From a virus (Duplodnaviria; Caudoviricetes): a DNA stretch of 64,000 bases. The translations under genes were made by a program, and so were the position numbers. Location of the stretch: the IMG/VR virus record IMGVR_UViG_2907233695_000001, positions 100,119 to 164,118 of that record. One strand, 5' to 3'. Shown one piece after another: positions 29,520-39,998 of the stretch (positions are counted from its first letter, which is position 1; every line of letters starts with the position of its first letter). The notes under the pieces were generated by a model. That model saw only the letters and a list, made by a program, of their open reading frames with translations. It did no database searches and was not told the DNA's origin.

Positions 29520-29831
29520 TTATACTTTATCTCCAAAATCTTTTTGAATTTGTCTTAGCCGTTCTAGTTTGGCTTGCATTTCAAAATCTGCTTCATTCAC
29601 AAACAAATGAGATCGCAATCCACCGAAGAATGCGTCATATGCTTCATCATATCCATCAAAACCATACTTGTCGAGAAGCATTCGCTCATATTCGATAACG
29701 TGTTGTTCAAGAATGTGCGCAACATAATTACCCAATTTGCGCTTGTCTACATCGGCTAATATCTGCAATTTATTTTTTAATCCTTTATCGAGGACGAATG
29801 TAAACCGTTCGTTATTGTCTGCAATAGCCAT
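29520..29831 (-). CDS. ribbon-helix-helix DNA-binding protein
   Basis: NERFTFVLDKGLKNKLQILADVDKRKLGNYVAHILEQHV is an RHH pattern; AGGAG RBS on minus strand. Confidence 0.75.
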   Translation of the reverse strand: MAIADNNERFTFVLDKGLKNKLQILADVDKRKLGNYVAHILEQHVIEYERMLLDKYGFDGYDEAYDAFFGGLRSHLFVNEADFEMQAKLERLRQIQKDFGDKV

Positions 29832-29981
29832 ATAATCAACTCCTGATCAAAAGTTGTACCAAAGTTCTTAACCTTTTAACAACAATATAACATATAACGT
29901 TGAACTGTAAAAGTTAAATTATTTCATTATAGAGTGAAAAGTTACGCTTCCAAGTGAAAAAATATTGCTTTTGATGAACTA

Positions 29982-30010
29982 TTGACACAAGGTTCTTAAC
30001 CTTGTATACT
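29982..30010 (+). promoter_or_regulatory. sigmaA promoter with palindromic operator in spacer
   Basis: TTGACA-17 nt-TATACT; ACAAGGTT-ctt-AACCTTGT at 29987-30005; related copy CCAAAGTTCTTAACCTTTT at 29859-29877. Confidence 0.75.
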
Positions 30011-30052
30011 CTGATTATGGGATGGAAATTATTCCAAGAGGAGATGGTTCGG

Positions 30053-30292
30053 ATGGAACTACTATTCACTGAACAATTGGATCGAGCACAGACAAAGCAG
30101 CAATTATTATCGTTACTTGAGATTGTATCTGAAGAGAAATGGGTATTCGATTTAATTAAGAATACTTGGCTTGACGATCACGTTGGATTGTTTGTTAACA
30201 AGTGGTTTCTAGGTAATATCGATGAGCTACATTGGGATGTAAACAGATTTACAAGCCAATACATAGAAAAAGGCTCAGTGCTGGAACACTGA
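30053..30292 (+). CDS. hypothetical protein (79 aa)
   Basis: ATG 30053 after GAGGAG RBS, downstream of consensus promoter. Confidence 0.55.
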   Translation: MELLFTEQLDRAQTKQQLLSLLEIVSEEKWVFDLIKNTWLDDHVGLFVNKWFLGNIDELHWDVNRFTSQYIEKGSVLEH

Positions 30293-30342
30293 ACCGATGC
30301 TGAATGGATTCAATGAAATTATATAATATGTTTATAAAGTTT

Positions 30343-30447
30343 ACAATAGATAGGATATGATTAGCTACCATATCTGACAAGAGGTGAATACACTCCACTC
30401 ACCTCTTCTGTTGTCTTTTATGTGGTGGAGTAATTAACTAAGGAGTG
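30343..30447 (+). promoter_or_regulatory. three-way-junction leader with anti-SD loop
   Basis: ACAATAGA/TCTGTTGT outer stem; GATATG/CATATC hairpin; AGAGGTGA/TCACCTCT hairpin with loop ACACTCCAC complementary to GTGGAGT (30425) and GGAGTG (30442). Confidence 0.65.
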
Positions 30448-30454
30448 ATTTTTT

Positions 30455-32167
30455 ATGGGTGGAATTAAATGGAATAAAGAGGATGATAATGTTTTAATCG
30501 AACTATATAATACGGCAGAACAAGAAGAAATATTAAGTAAGCTATTAATTAAAAGAGGTTGGCCTCAAATCGTTCTAAGAGCAATGAAATTAGGATTACA
30601 AAGAAGTAAAGAAGCGAAATATGGTAAACAGACTATGAGTGAAGAGTTTTTGATAAATGAATTAAAAAGGTTTTCCTATAAATATAATAAGACTCCTTAT
30701 ATAAATGGAATGAATAAAGATAAGGAATTTCCAAGTTCAACAGTTTTTGAAGATAGATTTGGAAGTTGGAATAATGCTCTGATTGCTGCTGGATTCGAAT
30801 TAAATTCTTTGAAAGTTTATGATAAAGAATATTTAATGAAAGAAGCAATTGATTTTTACGAAAAAAATAATAGAAGTCCTTATTATAATGAATTATCATT
30901 TTCAAGTAATATTATTAGACATTATTGGCCTTCTTGGAATGAATTTCTTATAGATTGCAATTTACCAATAAATAAAAATTATCACAGTTTAAAAACAAAA
31001 GAAGACGGAATTACTTTTTTGAAACAATTTTATGAAGGTAGCAATAAAAAACCAACTAAAAACGATCTTAAGAATCTTGGATTGAATGATTCGTGGTTCG
31101 CACTAAAATTTGGCAGTTATAATAAAGCATTATTTGAAGCAGGACTTGTTACAGATGATAAAATAATAACCAAGAATGAAAGAATTGATCGTGCAATATT
31201 GGGATTGAAAAATTTATTCAGTGAATTAGGTTATTGTCCAACGGTTCAAGAATATGATGAATATGCAAAAAAACATAAGTTGAGTCGCAGACGAAACTTA
31301 GAGGGTTTGCTTGGATTGAATTATAATGATATTTGCTTAAAATACATTGGAGAAGCAAATATCGTCAAACGATCAAAAGAAGAACTAATTGAAATTTTAA
31401 ATGAATTAAAAAACAAACTAGGTAGAGCGCCTATGACAATAGAAATAAAGGAAAGTGGACTTACTAGTATTAATCAAATACAGCGAGTATTTGGAATGAC
31501 TTTTAATCAAATCATTCAAGAACTAGGTTGGGCGTTAACTGGTCACGTTTATAGCAATAAATCAAACGAAGAAATGCTTCAAGATTATTTTGAATTATAC
31601 AATAAACTAAAAAGAATCCCATTAATGGAAGACATTAATAATCAATCCGAGATGGCAAACTATACAACATATAAAAATAAGTTGGGAAGTATTAGAGATA
31701 TATGTAATTTATTAAACATCGATTATAAAAATGAAATTGTTCTGTATAAATCTGGAGAAGGAAAAATCTGTTTCGACAGAAACGGAGAACAATGTAGATC
31801 ATACCCAGAAATGGTAATTTCAAATATACTCATTGACAATGAGATAAAATTTATTAAAGAATACCCATATAAAAAGGTAATTCCAAACGATAAGACGAAG
31901 AGAAATTTTGATTGGAAATTACAAGAACATGATATCTTCATTGAATACTTTGGGATGTTTAATGAAAAAAGTTTAAAAAATGATTCAAAATTTTCTAAAT
32001 ACACCAAAAAGGCTATTAAAAAAATTAATGACTGTGAAAAAGCGAACATACAATTAATCGCTATTTTGCCAACTGATTTAGATAATAATTATTTTGGGTT
32101 AATTGAGAAATTATCAAAATTTCAATTAAAAGTAAAAATTGAAGAGTCTTATGAGAATATTTTTTAA
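30455..32167 (+). CDS. putative homing endonuclease with tandem ~60-aa repeats and PD-(D/E)xK domain
   Basis: About 6 repeats (E.LI..L..F.....P......FGSWN.AL); C-terminal CRSYPE..I.N.L..N.I.F..E..Y, FDW, IFIEYFG; very AT-rich. Confidence 0.72.
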   Translation: MGGIKWNKEDDNVLIELYNTAEQEEILSKLLIKRGWPQIVLRAMKLGLQRSKEAKYGKQTMSEEFLINELKRFSYKYNKTPYINGMNKDKEFPSSTVFEDRFGSWNNALIAAGFELNSLKVYDKEYLMKEAIDFYEKNNRSPYYNELSFSSNIIRHYWPSWNEFLIDCNLPINKNYHSLKTKEDGITFLKQFYEGSNKKPTKNDLKNLGLNDSWFALKFGSYNKALFEAGLVTDDKIITKNERIDRAILGLKNLFSELGYCPTVQEYDEYAKKHKLSRRRNLEGLLGLNYNDICLKYIGEANIVKRSKEELIEILNELKNKLGRAPMTIEIKESGLTSINQIQRVFGMTFNQIIQELGWALTGHVYSNKSNEEMLQDYFELYNKLKRIPLMEDINNQSEMANYTTYKNKLGSIRDICNLLNIDYKNEIVLYKSGEGKICFDRNGEQCRSYPEMVISNILIDNEIKFIKEYPYKKVIPNDKTKRNFDWKLQEHDIFIEYFGMFNEKSLKNDSKFSKYTKKAIKKINDCEKANIQLIAILPTDLDNNYFGLIEKLSKFQLKVKIEESYENIF

Positions 32168-32248
32168 TATATAATTATGCACATAGCACCCCTTTTGGAT
32201 TATAATGGATTAATACATACCATTAATTTTAAAGGGGTTGTTCTGTAC

Positions 32249-32638
32249 ATGCATAACCATATAAGGGTTTGTTTTATCCTTTTATTTGTTTTTCTGATTG
32301 TTTCAGGTTGTTCAGTTTCCGCAAATGGTATATCTACTTTCAAAGACGATTCAAAAGTTGTTGCTAAAACATTCCATGATTTTATGAGTGGAAATAGTCA
32401 AATAACTGATCAACAACAAAGAAAAATTGATTTTTATATGAATCATTTTAAAGAACCTGATAATTTAAATAAATTAAGTGATAATGATAAGCAAATACTT
32501 GGTGGATTAACTCAGTTATATGTTGACTTAGAACTGTATAAAGAAGCGGTTAAAGAAAATAATTTAGAAAATAAACAGAAGTATATGAATGAATATAATA
32601 AGTATGAGGTTAAAGTTTTTGAATTACTGAACCAATAA
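32249..32638 (+). CDS. lipoprotein (possible superinfection exclusion/moron)
   Basis: Signal peptide with lipobox VSG-C from ATG 32249; AT-rich; own terminator. Confidence 0.65.
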   Translation: MHNHIRVCFILLFVFLIVSGCSVSANGISTFKDDSKVVAKTFHDFMSGNSQITDQQQRKIDFYMNHFKEPDNLNKLSDNDKQILGGLTQLYVDLELYKEAVKENNLENKQKYMNEYNKYEVKVFELLNQ

Positions 32639-32647
32639 AAATTCTTA

Positions 32648-32677
32648 GGAAGCGATATGATTAATCGCTTCTTTTTT
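32648..32677 (+). terminator. intrinsic terminator
   Basis: GGAAGCGAT/ATCGCTTCT + T tract. Confidence 0.7.
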
Positions 32678-32703
32678 ATTTCAAAAAAGGAGTGATTAAA
32701 ACA

Positions 32704-35700
32704 ATGGCAGATGATTTAAAAATTATTATTCAAGCTAGTCTAGATACATCCACTAAAGCAATTGGTGACTTAAATAATCAGATAAATGAAATAGCTAAAA
32801 AAGTATCAGGTTTAAATTTGAATGTTAAAGTTGACTCGCAGAATTTAAATCAACTAACTAATCAAATTGAAATCATTTCTAAGCAGTTGTCTCAAACAAA
32901 GAAAATTGAGGTGGTAGACAGTTCATCGATTTCTAATGGTCAAAAACTATACGCCACACTTCAAGAAGTAATGGATGAGTATTCAAAATTAGGTAAAGTA
33001 AAAATCACGAATGAAACTCTTAATCCTATTACAAAGGAATTAGAATCATTTTCAATTGCTGTTGAAAACGCAGATAAAAAAATCGAAAAATTAAAATTTG
33101 ATATGTTAAATGTTGCTAATGGTGATAACATTTCAAAAATGTTTACTCCAACAAAATTAAATCAAGTAAATCCTATTGAATCCAATAATAAAGCACTAGA
33201 GAGAATGTTGGATGAAGCCTATAGGATGAACGCTGATTTTGATAAAAAAGCTGAAGCATTAGACAAAATACATTGGCAAGCATTAAGAGATGACCAAGCA
33301 AGAGAAGAAGCATTAGACAAAATGCACTATCTTGCTTTACAAAAAAATCGAGAACTTGATTTAAAAGCTCAGGAGCAGGCGAACAAAGATGCAGAAGCAT
33401 TAGATCGCGCTCATTTTAATGCCATACGTGATAACAATAAACGCATTGAGGATATGGATAAGTTACACTATCTTGCGCTTCAAAAAAACAAAGAATATGA
33501 TACGAAGCAAACTCAGGAACAACAAAAACTTGGAACTAATACAAGTCTAATAAGTTCTGTGAGTGGTAGCACAAATGTAGCTGGATTTAAACAACTCGCC
33601 CAATCAGTTGCAGGGGCAGATGCTGAACTTATAAAAGTTACAACAAGATTAGATAAAACGTTCGGCTCCATTCAAGAAATGAATGTTCGAGTTAAAGAGG
33701 GAGAGAAGTATTGGCGCAACTATACTGTTTCTGTTGTTGAAGCAACCGGAGAAGTGTATAAGTTAGATAGAGGGTTAACTACCGCATCTCAAAACTTAAC
33801 ACTAGGCGATAAACTAAAAGAGATGGCTAAGTCTATTCCGTTATGGTTTGGCGGTATGACACTATTTATGTCAGGAATCCATTTTATTGAGGATTTCGCC
33901 AAGTCTATTTCCGAAATAGATGCTAAGATGGCAGGTTACGTTCAGACTAATGAGGCATACTTTAACTCTGAACAAAAAATAAATGATGAAACACATAAAT
34001 TTATACAAACTACTCATGACCTTGGAGCAGAATTAGATAGTGTTTTAGAATCGGCACGCTTGTATGGTCGTATGTATAAGGACGTTAACGTAGTTCAGGA
34101 ACTCGTAAGGCAATCAACTAAATTATCTACAATTGACCTCGTATCTCTTGGTGATGCAACTAAAGGTATGGAGGCAATTCTTGCTCAGTACCATGTACAA
34201 TTAAATAACGTAAATGACGCACAGGTAATAGGCAATAATTTACTCGATAAATTTTCTAAGGTAGCACATGATAGCGCAATTCCTGCAAAAGACTTATTGG
34301 CTGCTTATGAGCGAATGGGTTCAGTGGCAAACCAAACAGGAGTTAGTGTAGATTTCATGAATGGCTTACTCGCATCAGGTTTTAGAAATACGGCTTTATC
34401 AGGTGAAAATTTGGGTAATATGTGGAAAACTGTGCTTGGTAACATCCATACTGATAAAGCGGTTAGTGAGATTGAGCGTTTAGGTGTGGCAACCAAAGAA
34501 GTTGTTAATGGTACAGAACAATGGAGAAAAGCCGAAGATATCCTACTTGATTTATCTGTTAAGGTCATTGGCAAAAATGAAGACTTAACAAAGTCGTACG
34601 AGGATATTGCAAGAGGGGTATATCAGTACCAGAAGTTAGCAGCTTCCCTCGATCTTGGCTCTATTGTTCAAGGTCAAGCGGCGAGTATAAATAGTGTTGG
34701 TAGTACATCGCAGTATTTAGTAACTCAAATGGATACTATCGAAAGAAAATCTAAGCAAGTTCGAGCAACTATGCTTGAACTATTTAATACTGCTGGAGAT
34801 GACGGTCTTAGAAACTCAATAAAAAGTATACTTGATGTTGTTGATCAATTTTTAATTGGGCTTTCAAAAGTTCCGTCAGGAGTCTATGAAATAATTGGGG
34901 TTTTGGGTGGTCTTGGAACTGCTTACCTTGCGTTAAAAAACCCTGTATCTTCTTTAATTACCGCAATTGGTGTGTTGACTACTTCAAACGTAACAAATAC
35001 TACTACTACAACGGCACAAACAGTTGCAACCGAAGCATCAACTGTTGCAACTACTGCCAAAACCGTTGCTACTGAAGGTGCAACAGTAGCTGTGAATACA
35101 ATGACAGCGGCAGAAGCTAGATCGGCTGTTACATTAGCTGCTGCGACAGCAGGTGCATCCATCTTGGTTGGAGTACTGGCTGCTTACGTCATGAATGCAG
35201 GGGAAGCAACAAAAGCCGAGAAAAATTTGAATGATGAGCGAGATAAATCTATTTCTGCACAAGAACAGCAATACATGCAAGCAGAAAAACAGATTCAAGT
35301 TATTCCACAATGGGTTAATCTCCATAATGAATTAACTAAAGCGTTGGAAAGTGGTACATTATCTGCTGAAGGTCAAACAAAGGCTAAAAATGATTTAGAT
35401 AAAGTATCAAAAGCACTTGCTGATACAATTGGTCAAGAAGGATTTGCTCAATTACAAGCAGCACAATTTACTGATCAGGCTACGCAACAAATTATCCAAT
35501 CATTAATTAAGCGTAAGGCAGCATTAAAACAATCTATGCTTGATACTTTAAATGAAGATTCCTCAAGTTTAAGTGATAGAGAATTGTCTGCTTTACAAAA
35601 AAGAAATGAAGCAAATAGAGAACTCGATAAATTAAATGGACAATCCGATGATGCTCCCTTTGGTGACTTGGCTGGTACAGGTGCTCTTAATGCAATTAAT

Positions 35701-38700
35701 AGAAAGAAAAATATTGACAAATTTAAAAAGCAACAAGAAGAGGCAAACAAAGAATTAGATGATATTAAACGCAAAAATCAAGAAATCGAAGATAAAAAAA
35801 TAACTGTAACAGCAGACTTAATTAATTTAAATAATTTAAATGGAGAAAGCGGAAAGACACAGGGAGAAACGACCAAGGACATCAAAGCGAATTTCGATAA
35901 TCAAATGGCAGACTTCCGTCATTTGGTGAACATGAAGGCTCAAGGTTATACGGATGCAGTACAACAACTTGATAAACTAAATCAAATACGTGATCAATTT
36001 GCCGACAAACTTTCGGATAAAGACCTTTATGGAATCGATGAAGAAATTCAACGTGCTAAGGATGGCATTGGTTTAAAAGCAAAAGGTTATCCAGCAGGTT
36101 CTTCATCGGTTACTGCACCATCAATCCCAACTGTTGAAGACGTGTCCCTACAAAAAGAATCACTTCAACTTGCCAAATCAGCATATGAGGTTACGAAACA
36201 AAATATCGATTTACTTGATAAAAAAGCAAAAAATTATGAGAAGGAAAAGAATTATTCTGATGCAATTAAGACAACAAACGACCTGCTTATTGCACAGAAA
36301 CAAGCCCTTGTTGACTTGGATACAGCTAAGAATAACGTATCGAAAGATGCAGATTCAATAAGAAACGATCCTCGCTTCTCTTCTTTAGGTAATAAGTTTA
36401 GTCAAGATGGTAAATCGTTTGATGCTTGGTTTGACTCCCAAGGCAATGCCTCAAAAGAGTATCTGGATTACATACAAAAACTTCAAACTGAGCAATATAA
36501 CCTGCTGAATGGTAAAGATAAATTATCTAAATCAGAAGAAAAAGAAAACAAACAGTTAGCCGAGCAAATAAAAACTGCAAAGCAAGTTTTTGACGCTCTT
36601 CAGGTTCAGAAAAAAGGTTATGTTGAGTTAACAAAAGAGCAAGATGCTTTGAGGGAATCCACAAACGCAACAAACATTTCCTTGGAGCAGTTAGCATTTG
36701 ATAACTCTAAAAATTGGATTACTGAACAAAAAACTTTAGGCTTGCTTCCACTTCAAGATGAAGAGGCAGCTTGGAAACGTGTCGCAGAAGCTCATCAAGA
36801 TAACGCTAAAATGCGTATAGAGGCCGAGAAAGAAATCAAACGTGTCCATGATGAAACTGTTAAAGCGGAACTTGCCGATATTGACAAACAAATCCAAGCC
36901 TCTAAAGATTTGGATGGAGTATATGATAAAACTTCTTCCAGTTACAGAGACCATTTAACAGATGAAATCAATCTTATCAAACAAAAAAATGATGTTCTCA
37001 ACAATGAAACTGAACAAATCTTAAAGAGTAATACTTTAACCGATCTACAAATAGCACAACTTGCAAATTACAACAAAATCTTAGCGGATAACCAAAAAGC
37101 AATCCACGAAGATGAATCTAAAAAGATGCAAAGTGTCATTGATGAGCAGAATACTCATCTTAAAAACCTTGACGCTCAAATCCAAGCATCCGATACTCGT
37201 CTTAAAATGTACGAAGAAGGTTCTAAGAATAATAAGCAACTCGATGTACAGAAATACGATCAAGAATTACTTAATAACATCGATATCATTAAACAACGTA
37301 TCGCAGCAGAAAAGCAACATGAGCAAACAATCCGTGACCAAATGACTACAGTTGGTTTAACTGAATCAGAATGGAAAAGTCTTAATGATCAATTGAGAAC
37401 ATCTATTGATACTCAGATAAAGCTGACTCAATCTATCCAAGATGCTAACGATAAATTAAAAACTCAGTTGAACAATGTTGCCGACCAAGTTATTGCGGTA
37501 TATAAAAAGTTTTATGACACTCAAAAGAAACTATCTACGGATTCAATCACAGCAGAGAAAAAAGCACTTGACGATCAGCATCAAGACTTAGTTAAAAATC
37601 TTGACACAGAAATTAAAAAGTATGAAGAACGTTATAAAGCTCAAGTTAGACAGATTGATGAAGTTACCGCTACTGAGGATTACAATCAACAGTTAAAGAA
37701 ACTTCAAGATGAAGCAGCGACATACACCAAGCAACTCAACGCGATGCAAATGGATGATAGCACTGATGCAAAAGCAAAACGTGTAGAATTGCAAACCCAA
37801 TTAGCGACTAAAACGGATGAGATTAACAAGCTAACTCGTGATAGAGAAAAAACGTTACGTAAACAAAGTTTACAAGATGAACTTGATGCGAAGAAGCAGG
37901 AGTTAACGGCACAAAAGGATTCAAGCACATTTGCTATTGATCAATTGAATCAGCAATACCAACAAACTCACCAATATCAGCAGATGACTTATCAAGATGC
38001 TGTAGACTATCTTGATAAACAAAAAACTGCATCTGAACAATATTATAGTGACTTAGTTAACAATGAAGAAAAGTTTACCCAAATCCGTAACCAAATTCTT
38101 CAAGGTAATTTTGCACAGGTTCAGAGTGACTTTGCTCAATTTAGTAGTTTTCTACAATCCAATTCGCAAGCTATTGGTCAGAATATTTCCAGTAGCATAT
38201 TAAGTACGATGAATTCATTAACTACAACAATGAATACTATCTCGATGGTAATGGGGAATAACTTATCAATATTACAATCCAAACTTGGTGCTGTTGGAAC
38301 TGGTGTCACAAGTCAAGTTACTACCGCTGTCGAAGGTCTACTCACTAAACTTAAAGAACTTGACCAATTGAAATTCACTGGATTAACTAATTCATTGTCT
38401 CAAGTTGACCAAAAGTTTAAAGATATGATGATTAGTGCAATGCAAGCCAATGCTGCTGCTTATAACATGACTAGTGACGCAAATCAGCAAAAATCATTGC
38501 ACGATAAGAACGTTGCATTGGGCAGTATCCTTGGACTCACTTATGATCCAAGTGGTGTGTGGAAAGATGCCCAAGGAAATATTGTGGTTAATGCGATGAA
38601 TGGCAATACAACGCCACCTTACATACCACCCACGCCTACTTACAATCCTACACCATCCTACAATAGTGGCGGTGGTTCTTATAGCGAGAATGTAGGTGGA

Positions 38701-39123
38701 ACAACTTATACTTCTGATCGTCCCACTATTTATAATGGTGGTGGCGAAGGTTCTCCAATGGGTTGGATTGGGGACACGCCTATTTACCATACAGGAGGCG
38801 AAGTTGGTAAACCTGCATTAGCCCCTGATGAAATGCCAGCGATTCTTAAACTTGGCGAATATGTTTATACGGAAGCAATGCAATCGAAACTAAGAGAAAT
38901 CATTTCAAGACCAATAAACTTTCTGAGTAAAATTGCAAATAGTCTACCAAGTATGTCTATGCCTAATTTAGCAACAGCATCTCCTTCTGCTGGTGGAAAC
39001 AAGACATTTAATATGAGTGTTAACATTGGGACGGTCACAGGAGATAAAAAAGGTGTAGATTTCTTCATGAATGAAGTGAGGAAAGAAGTAAATAAACTTG
39101 GTGGAGATTTTGATTTTGTGTAA
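32704..39123 (+). CDS. tail tape measure protein
   Basis: About 2140 aa, TP901-like core (SGENLGNMWKT), long coiled coils, C-terminal YHTGGEVG..EMPAILKLGEYV; precedes Dit. Confidence 0.9.
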   Translation: MADDLKIIIQASLDTSTKAIGDLNNQINEIAKKVSGLNLNVKVDSQNLNQLTNQIEIISKQLSQTKKIEVVDSSSISNGQKLYATLQEVMDEYSKLGKVKITNETLNPITKELESFSIAVENADKKIEKLKFDMLNVANGDNISKMFTPTKLNQVNPIESNNKALERMLDEAYRMNADFDKKAEALDKIHWQALRDDQAREEALDKMHYLALQKNRELDLKAQEQANKDAEALDRAHFNAIRDNNKRIEDMDKLHYLALQKNKEYDTKQTQEQQKLGTNTSLISSVSGSTNVAGFKQLAQSVAGADAELIKVTTRLDKTFGSIQEMNVRVKEGEKYWRNYTVSVVEATGEVYKLDRGLTTASQNLTLGDKLKEMAKSIPLWFGGMTLFMSGIHFIEDFAKSISEIDAKMAGYVQTNEAYFNSEQKINDETHKFIQTTHDLGAELDSVLESARLYGRMYKDVNVVQELVRQSTKLSTIDLVSLGDATKGMEAILAQYHVQLNNVNDAQVIGNNLLDKFSKVAHDSAIPAKDLLAAYERMGSVANQTGVSVDFMNGLLASGFRNTALSGENLGNMWKTVLGNIHTDKAVSEIERLGVATKEVVNGTEQWRKAEDILLDLSVKVIGKNEDLTKSYEDIARGVYQYQKLAASLDLGSIVQGQAASINSVGSTSQYLVTQMDTIERKSKQVRATMLELFNTAGDDGLRNSIKSILDVVDQFLIGLSKVPSGVYEIIGVLGGLGTAYLALKNPVSSLITAIGVLTTSNVTNTTTTTAQTVATEASTVATTAKTVATEGATVAVNTMTAAEARSAVTLAAATAGASILVGVLAAYVMNAGEATKAEKNLNDERDKSISAQEQQYMQAEKQIQVIPQWVNLHNELTKALESGTLSAEGQTKAKNDLDKVSKALADTIGQEGFAQLQAAQFTDQATQQIIQSLIKRKAALKQSMLDTLNEDSSSLSDRELSALQKRNEANRELDKLNGQSDDAPFGDLAGTGALNAINRKKNIDKFKKQQEEANKELDDIKRKNQEIEDKKITVTADLINLNNLNGESGKTQGETTKDIKANFDNQMADFRHLVNMKAQGYTDAVQQLDKLNQIRDQFADKLSDKDLYGIDEEIQRAKDGIGLKAKGYPAGSSSVTAPSIPTVEDVSLQKESLQLAKSAYEVTKQNIDLLDKKAKNYEKEKNYSDAIKTTNDLLIAQKQALVDLDTAKNNVSKDADSIRNDPRFSSLGNKFSQDGKSFDAWFDSQGNASKEYLDYIQKLQTEQYNLLNGKDKLSKSEEKENKQLAEQIKTAKQVFDALQVQKKGYVELTKEQDALRESTNATNISLEQLAFDNSKNWITEQKTLGLLPLQDEEAAWKRVAEAHQDNAKMRIEAEKEIKRVHDETVKAELADIDKQIQASKDLDGVYDKTSSSYRDHLTDEINLIKQKNDVLNNETEQILKSNTLTDLQIAQLANYNKILADNQKAIHEDESKKMQSVIDEQNTHLKNLDAQIQASDTRLKMYEEGSKNNKQLDVQKYDQELLNNIDIIKQRIAAEKQHEQTIRDQMTTVGLTESEWKSLNDQLRTSIDTQIKLTQSIQDANDKLKTQLNNVADQVIAVYKKFYDTQKKLSTDSITAEKKALDDQHQDLVKNLDTEIKKYEERYKAQVRQIDEVTATEDYNQQLKKLQDEAATYTKQLNAMQMDDSTDAKAKRVELQTQLATKTDEINKLTRDREKTLRKQSLQDELDAKKQELTAQKDSSTFAIDQLNQQYQQTHQYQQMTYQDAVDYLDKQKTASEQYYSDLVNNEEKFTQIRNQILQGNFAQVQSDFAQFSSFLQSNSQAIGQNISSSILSTMNSLTTTMNTISMVMGNNLSILQSKLGAVGTGVTSQVTTAVEGLLTKLKELDQLKFTGLTNSLSQVDQKFKDMMISAMQANAAAYNMTSDANQQKSLHDKNVALGSILGLTYDPSGVWKDAQGNIVVNAMNGNTTPPYIPPTPTYNPTPSYNSGGGSYSENVGGTTYTSDRPTIYNGGGEGSPMGWIGDTPIYHTGGEVGKPALAPDEMPAILKLGEYVYTEAMQSKLREIISRPINFLSKIANSLPSMSMPNLATASPSAGGNKTFNMSVNIGTVTGDKKGVDFFMNEVRKEVNKLGGDFDFV

Positions 39124-39134
39124 GAAAAATGTGA

Positions 39135-39160
39135 GGGAGCAGTTTATCTGCTTCCTTTTT
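39135..39160 (+). terminator. intrinsic terminator-like hairpin
   Basis: GGGAGCAG/CTGCTTCC + T tract. Confidence 0.6.
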
Positions 39161-39188
39161 CTTTTGTTCAAAAGAGAGGTGAATATTT

Positions 39189-39959
39189 TTGACAATTAAA
39201 TCAAGCCTTTATTTTATGTTTAATGGGATCAATTCTCAGGACATGGGGATTCTGAATGTTAATGTTTCTCAAGGAATGTATGAAGAACCATTCTTGGCAT
39301 CTCGAACAATTCATGAAGTGAAAATTCGAGGAAACGATAAGCCTTATTATCAATATACGGAACTTTCACCTATTGAATTTAGCGTATCATTTGCTCTACA
39401 GGATAGTTTTGACCAAACTAAATTAAGACAAATTGCTCGTTGGCTAAATGTATCTTATTTCTGTCCTCTCGTCTTTAGCGATGATCCAGATAAGATTTAC
39501 TTTGCAATGCCTGTGAATGATTCGAGTCTAATTCACACAGGAACAAATGGATATATCAATCTAAAATTTAGGACGAACGCGCCTTATGCCTATAGTCCAT
39601 CCTACACGCAAACTTACGATTTCTCATCCAATGTCGCAGGTGGAACGCTATTTCAATTTACCAACAATGGTGATTTATCAGTATTCCCTAAACTATATAT
39701 CCAAAAGGTTGGTGATGGGGATATTTCAATCTTCAATTACAGCAACGGTGGGATTGAATTTAAGTTTACTGGACTTTTGAATGGTGAGAATCTATTCGTG
39801 GATTCTACTCGTCAGTATATTTCAACCGATCAAAATAACTTATATAGATATAGCAATTTTAATAATAACTGGCTTGAACTACTTTATGGAGTAAACAATT
39901 TAAATGTTGTAGGCAACTGCAAATTGAAATTTGTATGGGAGTATCGCATTTTACAGTGA
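39189..39959 (+). CDS. distal tail protein (Dit, YomH-like)
   Basis: FMFNGINSQDMG, FRTNAPYAYS, NNGDL...P, L.YGVNNL; follows TMP. Confidence 0.85.
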   Translation: MTIKSSLYFMFNGINSQDMGILNVNVSQGMYEEPFLASRTIHEVKIRGNDKPYYQYTELSPIEFSVSFALQDSFDQTKLRQIARWLNVSYFCPLVFSDDPDKIYFAMPVNDSSLIHTGTNGYINLKFRTNAPYAYSPSYTQTYDFSSNVAGGTLFQFTNNGDLSVFPKLYIQKVGDGDISIFNYSNGGIEFKFTGLLNGENLFVDSTRQYISTDQNNLYRYSNFNNNWLELLYGVNNLNVVGNCKLKFVWEYRILQ

Positions 39960-39998
39960 TACGACAGATTAACAATATTCTAATAGGGAGGGAATTAA

